DNA from: Pseudomonadota bacterium
GTDB taxonomy: Bacteria > Campylobacterota > Campylobacteria > Campylobacterales > Sulfurimonadaceae
Direction: 5' to 3'
Assembly: GCA_043797085.1 (NCBI GenBank)
Contig: JAZDQA010000004.1
Coordinates: 1-64,000 of the forward strand
Length of the DNA stretch: 64,000 nt
This document shows, piece by piece, positions 10,725-19,724 of the stretch. A program made the translations under genes and the position numbers. The notes under the pieces are model-generated. The model did not search any database. It was not told the origin of the DNA and was given only the letters and a program-made list of their open reading frames with translations. Position 1 is the stretch's first letter, and each line of letters begins with the position of its first letter.

Positions 10725-10897
10725 AATTATTTCTCTTTAACGATATTTTTTGTTTCAGACCGTGCGAGTGCTGTCGCATCGGGAATAGGGATTTAGAGAA
10801 GGTTATATTATTCTCAATAGTTTAAATTTGCTTGAGGTTCTTTATGAGCTAATACGAGGCTCTAAAATAGAGTTCGCATTTAACGCTCTTAACTTCT

Positions 10898-11107
10898 CTA
10901 TACCTTTGAGTATCTATAAGTGCCTTTAATTGCAGATGCTAAATACCCACCAACTGAAGCTGCATGTTCTAATTCATTAAATATTCTCTCTGGAACATCA
11001 AAATATTGGTATGTTCCACCGTTTTTGAACTCAACTTGCAATGTTGAACTCTCTGCATCATAACCAATTGCTTGAATATTACTTGAATCTACATGTTTCA
11101 TTTCCAT
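10898..11107 (-). CDS. KTSC domain protein
   Basis: VDSSNIQAIGYD..LQVEFKNGGTYQYFDVP..AASVGGY..IK signature; AAGGA RBS. Confidence 0.92.
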   Translation of the reverse strand: MEMKHVDSSNIQAIGYDAESSTLQVEFKNGGTYQYFDVPERIFNELEHAASVGGYLASAIKGTYRYSKV

Positions 11108-11120
11108 TATTTGTTCCTTA

Positions 11121-12995
11121 TCATTTTATTTTATCTATCCTAGGGTTTTGAGCCCGCCATGTTTCAATTAATTCTTCATAATGGGGATTATCCTCCATTT
11201 TGATGCCCCAACCACCAGGATTTTGTGAATCTTCTAAAGATATTTCATCATAGATTATAGGGTCTTGACTATCTGGTCTTCTATTTTTTGGTGGTGCTTC
11301 TATTGTAGTTCTCATTGGCAATTTAACTGCTTCACCCAAAATAATGGCTTCCCCCGTTCTTAAAATAGGTAGCATACCAGTTAGTCCATCTAAATTATCA
11401 GATAATGCAGATGTTATGTGATTTCTATCTGAGGCATTAGTTAGCCTGAGTGCGAAAAAAGTACCGCATTGTGAAAGAATTGTTGAATTGATTTCTGAGG
11501 GTCGTTGACTTACAATCATGGCACCAATACCATACTTTCTTCCTTCTTTAACAATACGTTGAACGACTTTTGAAGCCATTCCTTTGAAGTCATCATTTAG
11601 ATAGATATGCGCTTCTTCCATAACTACTAACAATGGTCTATGTCTACCGCCTTGAGATAAATTTCTAGCCCAAAATAAAGCCTCATACAATAGTCTAAGA
11701 AGAGCGCCTATTGTTGTTTGTAAAATATCTGCAGGCACTCCAGATAAATCTAGTATTGTGACTGGTCTGTCACTACCAATCCAGTTTTTCAGTAAGCAAT
11801 CTAGATCTTCTGCGACTTTTCCATCAGCTTCTGGCATCCAAGTATCGGGTTTAAAAATGAAGTCATATCTAGGAATTCTGAGCTTTGTGCCCAATAACAA
11901 AACCTGTTTTCCTATATTTAAAGAACCTGGTAAATAATTTACTTTCACATCCCCAGTTGCAGTTGCAATATTTTTAAAAATAGGTGGTATACCTTTTAGT
12001 GCATCTCCTTTTAACTCTTTGCCACTCGCATCCGTTTCATAAGCTAAATTATCAATTGGTCTACCAGTTTTATTACCACTGTAATATGTTCCAAACACTT
12101 CAACATATAATTCATACCATAGATTATGAAGACTGAATGGGATGGGTGAATCTACACTTAGTATGTCTATAGATACACCTTTTTTTGGGTATTTTTCCAA
12201 TGATTCAATTTTATATTTATGAACTCTCTCCATCACTATATTTTTATCTTTTTCACTACTAAAATCACCAAAGCTAATTTCGCATAATTCATCAAAGTTT
12301 AATGCCCAAAAGGGAATATGCAATACTTTTTCTTTTAATTTTGAGCCTCTATCTCCATTTATCTTATATATATTTGCTTTTTCCTGTAAAGCCTGCCCAT
12401 ACTCACCATGAAGGTCTAACATGATAATTCTTGCAGACGGATATTTATCACTGTCAGATAAGGCGTTAATAATACTTGATACTGTCGTAGATTTACCAGA
12501 ACCTGTTGTGCCGACAACTGCTGAATGCCGAGTAATAAGTTTATTTACATCGACCAATGCAGGAATTGAGTCTGCATTTGAAATGTGACCTAATTTTACA
12601 AAATACGGCTTATCAGGTTGCCCATAAATATTTTTCAGTTCTTTTTCTGATACTAAATGCACTTCATCCCCAATAGTTGGGTATTGGGAAAGTCCTCTTT
12701 GAAAGACTCCATTTCTTGGACCTTCGCCTATTAATTGAATTGTCATCCATCTATTGCCATGAAGCTGACTTTCAGCTTGTTTTGTAGGCACAGCACTCGC
12801 TCCAACCTGACTTATAATTCCAAATAAATCATGAAAGCCTATAGGTATTCTAATAAAGCTGCCTATTTGACCAACTCTATATCCTTGTCCATCGATGTAT
12901 ACAAAACCTGTTAATGATTCTTTTGACAAGGAAATACTGACAGTAGTTCCATTAACATCTTGCACATCGCCAAGATAGGTTTCTTTGCTAGACAT
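11121..12995 (-). CDS. herA: HerA/DUF87 ATPase (HerA of a SIR2-HerA anti-phage system)
   Basis: N-terminal HAS-barrel-like region, HSAVVGTTGSGKS, LDLHGEY, MEEAH, RIVKEGRKYG, SQRPSE; overlaps the SIR2 gene by 8 bp. Confidence 0.92.
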   Translation of the reverse strand: MSSKETYLGDVQDVNGTTVSISLSKESLTGFVYIDGQGYRVGQIGSFIRIPIGFHDLFGIISQVGASAVPTKQAESQLHGNRWMTIQLIGEGPRNGVFQRGLSQYPTIGDEVHLVSEKELKNIYGQPDKPYFVKLGHISNADSIPALVDVNKLITRHSAVVGTTGSGKSTTVSSIINALSDSDKYPSARIIMLDLHGEYGQALQEKANIYKINGDRGSKLKEKVLHIPFWALNFDELCEISFGDFSSEKDKNIVMERVHKYKIESLEKYPKKGVSIDILSVDSPIPFSLHNLWYELYVEVFGTYYSGNKTGRPIDNLAYETDASGKELKGDALKGIPPIFKNIATATGDVKVNYLPGSLNIGKQVLLLGTKLRIPRYDFIFKPDTWMPEADGKVAEDLDCLLKNWIGSDRPVTILDLSGVPADILQTTIGALLRLLYEALFWARNLSQGGRHRPLLVVMEEAHIYLNDDFKGMASKVVQRIVKEGRKYGIGAMIVSQRPSEINSTILSQCGTFFALRLTNASDRNHITSALSDNLDGLTGMLPILRTGEAIILGEAVKLPMRTTIEAPPKNRRPDSQDPIIYDEISLEDSQNPGGWGIKMEDNPHYEELIETWRAQNPRIDKIK

Positions 12996-14304
12996 TCTGT
13001 CCTTCCTTAGGCGTTCCTATTATTTTTTTTAGAAAATTTGTAAATATAGAAAAGTCTCCAAGCTTGACTAAATTTTCATGCTCATCTGAACCATCATTTT
13101 TTTTAACATTAGCAATGAAATTCATAATATCGATATCTTCTTCGCTAGTATTTAGAGACTTTTTCCAGTCACCTAAATTTGTTCCGATTATGGCTTTGTC
13201 AAATGTCCAAATATTAAGATTATGCTGATTATTAGCCAAGCGATATGCCTCATGATAACGTTCTATGACTTTGCAAAACTCATTCAATTGGTATTGATAA
13301 TCCATTAGTGCTAAATTTATTTTAGTTGCTGACCATTTTAATTTTCCAAATTTCAAATGAATATTATTATTAGCAAACATTGTATATTTTTCAAACATTA
13401 ATCCAAGCACCATTGCCGTTGGATTTGCCTTTAGTGCATTTATGATTGTGTCATTTAAATGACCGTCATTAAATGAATAGCCAGATAAAATCAATAAAGA
13501 TGATTTTTTGCGAATAAATCTACTTAATTGATCAATTAATGCTAAATATGGCATTTTCCGACTTTCTTCATATTTCAAATGAGAAGGATAAATCAAATGA
13601 GATGCACCTTCCTTGATCTCTGAGGAACGATACACTTTTTTTTGACCTTCAACTTCTTCTTGATACCAATTAATAGAACCGTGTATTTTCCATAATCTTG
13701 ACCAATGGATAGGTATTAAATTGTCTTCAAGTGCTCTAAGATCAAAAAATGATCTTCTTGCTCCGACAAAACCATCGAAATATGCGACTTCCAAGTCTTC
13801 AAGTGCTTGTTCCATTAATAAATCGTAATTTGTTGTAAATAATTCGACGGAGACTTTTCTGTCTATTGACCTTATCCATTTACATAGACGGTGGTATGGT
13901 GTCTCTTGATCTGGTAGGCCTACGTCTAGTTTTTCTACAATTTTTGCAGAAATGATTTGTTCCAAACCTTTTAAGTCAGTTTCAGAAAGTCCTCTTACTT
14001 CACCGCCCTTAGAAACCAATAATAAGCTACGAAGAAAACTTAAAATGTCTTCTATATTTTCTATATTTTTTTCTGCCTTTTTCAATTCAGCTAACAGTAT
14101 TGTATATTTAGCATTATCTGTTAATTGCTCATTAATAAACTTTGTAAGACCTGCAACATCAGGTATTAATGGCCATTGACCTTCTGGCATATTTACTGAT
14201 AAAGGGCATCCTGCTGATATGAAAAATCCAATAGACTCATTATCTTGTGACAATGACTGGCGAAGATACTTTAAATGTCGAATAGGATCATGGTAATTAT
14301 TCAT
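12988..14304 (-). CDS. SIR2-family NADase (SIR2 of a SIR2-HerA system)
   Basis: FFISAG, TTNYDLLME, YFDGF, KIHGSINW, GYSFND.HLN motifs; CAGGAG RBS. Confidence 0.9.
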   Translation of the reverse strand: MNNYHDPIRHLKYLRQSLSQDNESIGFFISAGCPLSVNMPEGQWPLIPDVAGLTKFINEQLTDNAKYTILLAELKKAEKNIENIEDILSFLRSLLLVSKGGEVRGLSETDLKGLEQIISAKIVEKLDVGLPDQETPYHRLCKWIRSIDRKVSVELFTTNYDLLMEQALEDLEVAYFDGFVGARRSFFDLRALEDNLIPIHWSRLWKIHGSINWYQEEVEGQKKVYRSSEIKEGASHLIYPSHLKYEESRKMPYLALIDQLSRFIRKKSSLLILSGYSFNDGHLNDTIINALKANPTAMVLGLMFEKYTMFANNNIHLKFGKLKWSATKINLALMDYQYQLNEFCKVIERYHEAYRLANNQHNLNIWTFDKAIIGTNLGDWKKSLNTSEEDIDIMNFIANVKKNDGSDEHENLVKLGDFSIFTNFLKKIIGTPKEGQNV

Positions 14305-14344
14305 TTGATACTCCTGTATTTACTAAACATGGTGCACTGTCCAT

Positions 14345-16702
14345 TTACAACTCCACCACTCTCTCAAACATCTCCTTAATCTCAGTTTCATGAGAGATTA
14401 AAAATATCTGCCGATACGATTCGCTGATCGTGTGAAACGCTTCCATGATCTGGATGCGCCGTTCCTCGTCTTGTGAACCGAATACCTCGTCAAATGCCAA
14501 AAACCCAATATTGCCGCCACCGCTAAGTTCCCCAAGTGTTTTGGAGATGGCGATGCGCAGGACAAGGTTGGCGAGATCGATCTCTCCGCCGCTGAACCGC
14601 TCGATCGGGTAGCGCTCGCCGTTGTCGTAGATGTAGAAATCGAACTCGGGGCTAACTTCGATGTGCTGATAGCGTCCACGGGTGATGCGGCTGTACATGT
14701 CGCTGGCGACTTCGCCGATGCGGGGGGCGACGCGGGCGTTGATATGGGTTTTGAACTCGGACATGACTGCTTTGAGTTTCTCGTAGTCGGCTTGGTCATT
14801 TTCACGGGTTTTGAGAGATTCCCGCTGGGTTTCGTCGCGTTTGATCTCTTTGTCGATCGCTTCGATGTCGCGGCGGATGTTGGTCTGCTCTAGCACTGCG
14901 GCGTTCAGCTCGACCCCTTTGGCATCTTTAGTAGTTTCAGAAAGTTTCGCGTGGGTGATCGCTTCGTTATGGGTTTCTATACGGTAGGTGTCGGCGGCGA
15001 TAAGGGCTTGGGTAGCGGCGACAGAGGCTTCATCCGCTTTGATCTGCGTTTGGAGAGCTTGTAGGGCTTCGGTTTTAGACGGGATGGTGGAGATGAGCGC
15101 TTCGAGTTTGATGAGGGCTTCGACCTGCGGTTTGAGAGATTGATACTGCTCTTTGAGGGTGTTATGAGCGTTTTCATCGTAGGTGATGCTCCCAAGTTCT
15201 GCAAGGGCGACTTTGTTACTCATCCCCCGCGTTTCGACCTCACGGAATAACTCTTGGGCTTTGAGGAGGTCTTTGGATTTGCTCTGGAGGAGGGCGATCT
15301 GTGTTTGCAGGGCATTGCATTTGAGCTGTGCTTCGTCGGTGATCTTTTGGGAAGAAGCTTTTTGCTCGTTCAGGACGTTAAGGCGAAGTTGCAGGGCATT
15401 GATCTGCTTTTGGTAGACCTCATTGATCTCAGTGTGAAGCGATGCGATGACACTGTCATACTGCTCTATCAACGGACGGGTGCAGGTGGGGCAGGAGGAT
15501 TCCCGTCCCAGATCGGTGATCGTTTCGACCTGTTTGGTCACTTTCGCGATATTGGAGCGGTTGGAGCCGATCTCAGAGGTGAGGGCAGTGATCTCGGTGT
15601 CGAGTTTGAGGAAGGCCGCTTTAAGCTCTGAGAGGGCGGTTTGATCGCTATGGAGCTGTTTTTGCAGATCTTCCAGTGGAGTGATCTCATTAGTTAGCTG
15701 TGCCACTTCTTCTTTGCGTGTAGTGTACCCTTTTCGCAACTCCTCTTGCTCTTTTTCTAATCCGACTTTTTGGAGGAATTTGGTTTTTAGTTCGTCTTGG
15801 GCTTTAAGCGATAGCTCCAACGTGGCGAGTTGCGCTTTGAGAGGAAGTTGCGCCGTGTAATGGCTCTGGTGGGCGTTGAGGGTTTTGAGCTCGGTTTCGA
15901 GTTCGACAAGCTGTTTTTGGTGGAGGGCGAGCGTCTGTTGCGCTTTTTCGAGTGCATCGAGTTTCTTTTGCCGCTCTTCTTTGGCTTTTTGGTGGGTCTC
16001 TACGAGTGCTTTGGCGGCTTCGTAGGCGGTTTTTAGCTTTAGGGATTCCTCGGTGAGGGTTTTGAGGGTCGCTTCGAGGGTTTGGGAGAGGGCGGTTTTA
16101 GTGCTTAGGTCGTCGCGGTGCTGTTTGAGAACGTCATCACCGAGAAGAAACCCCGAAGCATTTTTGATATCACGGTTCAGCTCTCGCAGCTCCTCTCTGA
16201 TCATCTCCTCGATTTTATCAATCTTCTCCAACCCAAGCAATCGGCGCATCATCGCCTTGCGTTCGTCATTTTTCATCGAGCTGAGTGCCGTGAGTTCCTT
16301 TTGGGAGGCGAATACGGTGTGTAAAAACGCCTCTTTCCCCATGCCGAGTAGTTTCGTGATCGATAACGTTACCTCTTTAGCACCGGTGGCAATATTCTCA
16401 TCCCCCTCTTTGAGAGTTGCATAGGCGGTGAGGGCTTTCCCCCGGAACTCACGGATAGCGGTGTAACTTTTTCCTTCGATCTCAAAGTTCAGCTCAACTT
16501 TGACGCTTCCATCACTTCCGGCTGTAGGGATTAATTTTTTATCTGTTCGGTTTTCCCCGTATAGAGCAAAGAATACCCCGTCGAATATCGTCGATTTTCC
16601 CCGTCCATTGCGTCCGAGTATTCCGCACAGACCGCTTTCGAAAGTGATCTCATACGAGGCGTAGCGTTTGAAGTTCTGGAGTTTCAGCGATTCAAGCGTC
16701 AT
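14345..16702 (-). CDS. sbcC: SbcC/Rad50-like SMC ATPase
   Basis: GRNGRGKST Walker A, coiled coil with CPTC zinc hook, FSGGE signature, FDEVFGSQD, ISHE; start moved to ATG 16702 (MTLESLKLQNF), overlapping the sbcD stop. Confidence 0.88.
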   Translation of the reverse strand: MTLESLKLQNFKRYASYEITFESGLCGILGRNGRGKSTIFDGVFFALYGENRTDKKLIPTAGSDGSVKVELNFEIEGKSYTAIREFRGKALTAYATLKEGDENIATGAKEVTLSITKLLGMGKEAFLHTVFASQKELTALSSMKNDERKAMMRRLLGLEKIDKIEEMIREELRELNRDIKNASGFLLGDDVLKQHRDDLSTKTALSQTLEATLKTLTEESLKLKTAYEAAKALVETHQKAKEERQKKLDALEKAQQTLALHQKQLVELETELKTLNAHQSHYTAQLPLKAQLATLELSLKAQDELKTKFLQKVGLEKEQEELRKGYTTRKEEVAQLTNEITPLEDLQKQLHSDQTALSELKAAFLKLDTEITALTSEIGSNRSNIAKVTKQVETITDLGRESSCPTCTRPLIEQYDSVIASLHTEINEVYQKQINALQLRLNVLNEQKASSQKITDEAQLKCNALQTQIALLQSKSKDLLKAQELFREVETRGMSNKVALAELGSITYDENAHNTLKEQYQSLKPQVEALIKLEALISTIPSKTEALQALQTQIKADEASVAATQALIAADTYRIETHNEAITHAKLSETTKDAKGVELNAAVLEQTNIRRDIEAIDKEIKRDETQRESLKTRENDQADYEKLKAVMSEFKTHINARVAPRIGEVASDMYSRITRGRYQHIEVSPEFDFYIYDNGERYPIERFSGGEIDLANLVLRIAISKTLGELSGGGNIGFLAFDEVFGSQDEERRIQIMEAFHTISESYRQIFLISHETEIKEMFERVVEL

Positions 16703-17822
16703 TGTTGACCTCGTCATAGCGTGCAAAGAGTGTTGCTACTTTGGAGTTTAGACGTGTGAACTCTTCGGGTGTGGTGGTTTGCTCTTCTAAAAACGCGCCG
16801 AAATACTCCTGTAACGAGGCGGCATTCACACTCTCCGTCGCGGCAGAGGCTTCACTGCGTCGAAATTTGCGCTGGATTTGGACATTTAGGGCGGTAGGAA
16901 AACACCCTTCGATATCTCGGTTGGCAATGTCGATGGATTGGGTGGCACTGAGGTTTTCGAGGGTGATGGAGAGGAGAGCACCATCAACGACTAACGATTC
17001 AGCGTGTGATCGGAGTTCATCGAAAATATCCTCTGAGGTTTGGGCATCGACACGGAGACGGTGGCTGGGACGGAGGGTGATGGGGTGGAATATCACTTCA
17101 AAAGAATCCCCTAATGTTACGAGGACATATCCTTTGTCATTGCGTGCATCACCGCTGCTGGTTCGCTCTGTCGATCCGGCATAGTAGACGTTAGGGTGTT
17201 TGCCGACACTCCCAAACCCGTGCCAGTGACCGAGGGCAACGTAATCAATTTTCTCAAACAGCTCCTCTTTCTCACGCGGATAAACCCGCTCACCGTACTC
17301 CTCCATCATAAACTGCGCCCCGACGGAGCAGTGGAGCATCATGATGTTATGTTTATCCTCATCTACCGAAGCTTCACATTCCTCAATCGCCGCGAGGTTG
17401 GAGAGTTCATCGTTGATATGGGGGATACAGTGGAAATTGATATCATCAAATATTACTTTCTCGTACGCCTCTTCAAACACGGGATAGATATGATCGAGTG
17501 TCCGTAATGCCGCGAGGATCGGGGAAGCCGAACGGGTACGAGGAGTAGAGTGGTTTCCCGCGATGATAATCGTCGGGATCTGAGCGACACTGAGACGTTT
17601 GAGCTGAGTCAGACAAAAGCTGATAGCACGGTTGGATGGGTGAGGGCGGTGGAAGAGGTCTCCGGTATGGATAACGTAATCAGGTTTAGTCTCGATTATC
17701 GCATCGATCACCTGAGTAAAAGCATCGTAAAAATCGGCTTCACGTTGGTTGATGCCGAATTCATTGACGATCTCAAGATCGTTACAACCAAGATGCGTGT
17801 CAGAGAAGTGGAGAATTCTCAA
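16692..17822 (-). CDS. sbcD: SbcD/Mre11-like metallophosphoesterase nuclease
   Basis: HFSDTHLG, TGDLFH, AGNHS, YVALGHWH, YAGSTER; TTG start with AAGG RBS. Confidence 0.9.
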   Translation of the reverse strand: MRILHFSDTHLGCNDLEIVNEFGINQREADFYDAFTQVIDAIIETKPDYVIHTGDLFHRPHPSNRAISFCLTQLKRLSVAQIPTIIIAGNHSTPRTRSASPILAALRTLDHIYPVFEEAYEKVIFDDINFHCIPHINDELSNLAAIEECEASVDEDKHNIMMLHCSVGAQFMMEEYGERVYPREKEELFEKIDYVALGHWHGFGSVGKHPNVYYAGSTERTSSGDARNDKGYVLVTLGDSFEVIFHPITLRPSHRLRVDAQTSEDIFDELRSHAESLVVDGALLSITLENLSATQSIDIANRDIEGCFPTALNVQIQRKFRRSEASAATESVNAASLQEYFGAFLEEQTTTPEEFTRLNSKVATLFARYDEVNNDA

Positions 17823-17948
17823 TGAATACCTTTTAAATGAAAAATATTATTTTACATACAATAGTTGTTTTTTACTTAAAAGATGGAATTGGTAGTATAT
17901 ATTTGATTACAATAGATATTTTTATTTTCAAATCATCAAGGAATTCAT

Positions 17949-19115
17949 ATGTCAATTTTTATTAATCGTGAACAGTTGTATCATCAAGTATGGAAAATTC
18001 CTATGACAAAACTCGCACCTTTATATAATCTCTCCAATTATGAGCTCAAAAAGATATGTGATCGTTTTCTGATTCCAACGCCTAAAGCTGGATATTGGGC
18101 AAAACTCTCTTTTGGAAAACCTGAAGATATCGTACCTTTGCCCAAATGGAAAATTTGTGTGCCGCGTAGCATTCAAAGAAAACCAAAAACAGGAACAATA
18201 GCTCCGCATTCAAAAATAATTGATTCACCTATCTCGACACTAGAATCCGTTAAAATAATTGAACTCACTCCTAGAAAAGTGGATCATGGCATTGTGGTCA
18301 AAAAAACTCTTATACATATGCACTCATTAATTGAAAAAACACAACAAGCACTAAAAAAATCCAAAGCAGGTGAACATGGTAGATTATATCCCGGAAGTGA
18401 TGGAATAGCTATACATGTATCTCGTGAAAATGTAAAACGGTCATTATTGATTATGGATGCTATTTTTAAATGGTTTGAGAGTCGAGGGTATAAAATAATA
18501 AAACCTTTTAGTAACGATTCAAGAACATTTTTAAGTGTTGATGGTATTGATATTGAGATTGAATTATTTGAAAAGTCAAATGTAACTGGAAAGGTCAAAA
18601 GTAATTGGGGGTATGAGTACAATCAATATACACCATCTGGAAATATTACACTACAAATTAAATCATATACATATGGAACTAATATACGCACTCATTGGTC
18701 AGATGGTAAAAGACGAAAGGTAGAAGATTTATTAAACAGTTTTATTGATAGTTTTTTTGAGATCGTTGACTGGAATAAACGAGAAAATGAGCGAAGAGAA
18801 CGTGACCGTTTGGAACGAGAAGCTAGACGAATTGAACAAATTTATCAAGAACAGTGCCATCAATATGAAAATGAGATGTTTAATAATTTGATCCAAGAAT
18901 CTAATAATTTGGCTATGAGTACAAAAATAAAAGAATATGTATTTGCTGTAGAACAAAAGGCTAAATATAACTATCAAGAGAAAAATTATCCTAAAGACCT
19001 ATCTGATTGGTTTGAATGGGCGAAAAAACAAGCTAATAAGATTGATCCTTTAAAAGATAAATGGCCATCCTACATTGCATCTATTGAAATGATTGATAAA
19101 TCTAAAATACGATGA
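17949..19115 (+). CDS. Hypothetical protein with HTH-like N-terminus, typical of mobile regions
   Basis: 388-aa ORF with AAGGA RBS; REQLY..VW..PM..LA..Y.LS..L.K.C..IP.P..GYW N-terminal pattern; AT-rich. Confidence 0.7.
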   Translation: MSIFINREQLYHQVWKIPMTKLAPLYNLSNYELKKICDRFLIPTPKAGYWAKLSFGKPEDIVPLPKWKICVPRSIQRKPKTGTIAPHSKIIDSPISTLESVKIIELTPRKVDHGIVVKKTLIHMHSLIEKTQQALKKSKAGEHGRLYPGSDGIAIHVSRENVKRSLLIMDAIFKWFESRGYKIIKPFSNDSRTFLSVDGIDIEIELFEKSNVTGKVKSNWGYEYNQYTPSGNITLQIKSYTYGTNIRTHWSDGKRRKVEDLLNSFIDSFFEIVDWNKRENERRERDRLEREARRIEQIYQEQCHQYENEMFNNLIQESNNLAMSTKIKEYVFAVEQKAKYNYQEKNYPKDLSDWFEWAKKQANKIDPLKDKWPSYIASIEMIDKSKIR

Positions 19116-19211
19116 GAGTAAATTGTGACATAGATCAAACAGCAAGATAAGTGAGATAGGTCTGATAAGTTAAAAATGATAGGAGAGTTAGAATCAAGAT
19201 TGATAGTGAAT

Positions 19212-19288
<77 letters not shown>

Positions 19289-19300
19289 ACAAAAAAATAA

Positions 19301-19324
19301 AGTTGTACCCTAAGTTGTACCCTA
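19301..19324. repeat. Perfect tandem 12-bp direct repeat AGTTGTACCCTA x2; possible integrase arm-type site
   Basis: 19301-19312 is identical to 19313-19324; lies between the two tRNA-fMet genes. Confidence 0.7.
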
Positions 19325-19404
19325 GTGGTGCTTCAAACAATTCTTAAAAAGATTCTGAGTTAATGAAAAAGCTCTGAAAGTTCGTATTTATCGATGTTTG
19401 TAGT

Positions 19405-19481
<77 letters not shown>

Positions 19482-19490
19482 GTATAAAAG

Positions 19491-19565
19491 TGGATGGGGT
19501 GGAAGGACTCGAACCTTCAATCTACAGTACCAAAAACTGTTGGCATACCATTTGCCTACACCCCA
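19491..19565 (-). tRNA. tRNA-Gln (TTG)
   Basis: TGGGGTG/CACCCCA acceptor stem, ACAGT-TTTTGGT-ACTGT anticodon arm, GGTTCGAGTCC T-arm, CCA end. Confidence 0.95.
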
Positions 19566-19587
19566 ACATTCTCGTTGTGAGGCCGAA

Positions 19588-19616
19588 ATTATAGACTTTT
19601 TTTCGTAATTTGTCAA
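19588..19616 (-). promoter_or_regulatory. Consensus sigma70 promoter of the tRNA operon
   Basis: TTGACA (19616-19611), 17-bp spacer, TATAAT (19593-19588) on the minus strand. Confidence 0.85.
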
Positions 19617-19724
19617 GAGTATTGCGAAGCTTTTTAAAAATAAATGCTTTCATCCGGAATATGATGCTTTTTTAATCCTTTTTGATTATAATCTCTTCTA
19701 ATATATTAATTAAAAGAGATATCC

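Larger units (their letters stand above)
722..19211. mobile_element. tRNA-fMet-adjacent genomic/defence island; left end not defined and probably outside the window
   Basis: Cluster of nuclease, helicase and defence genes with mosaic base composition, ending at the CCA end of tRNA-fMet; no integrase seen in the window. Confidence 0.65.

Noticed and set aside
10725..10897. Integron attC site between cassette-like genes
   Set aside because: No convincing paired RYYYAAC/GTTRRRY boxes, no repeated attC array and no integron integrase.
8586..16702. Lamassu system (SMC plus SIR2/Cap4 effector)
   Set aside because: The SMC is coupled to an intact SbcD and differs in composition from the effector genes. 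SIR2 is coupled to HerA, and no LmuC-like gene is evident.
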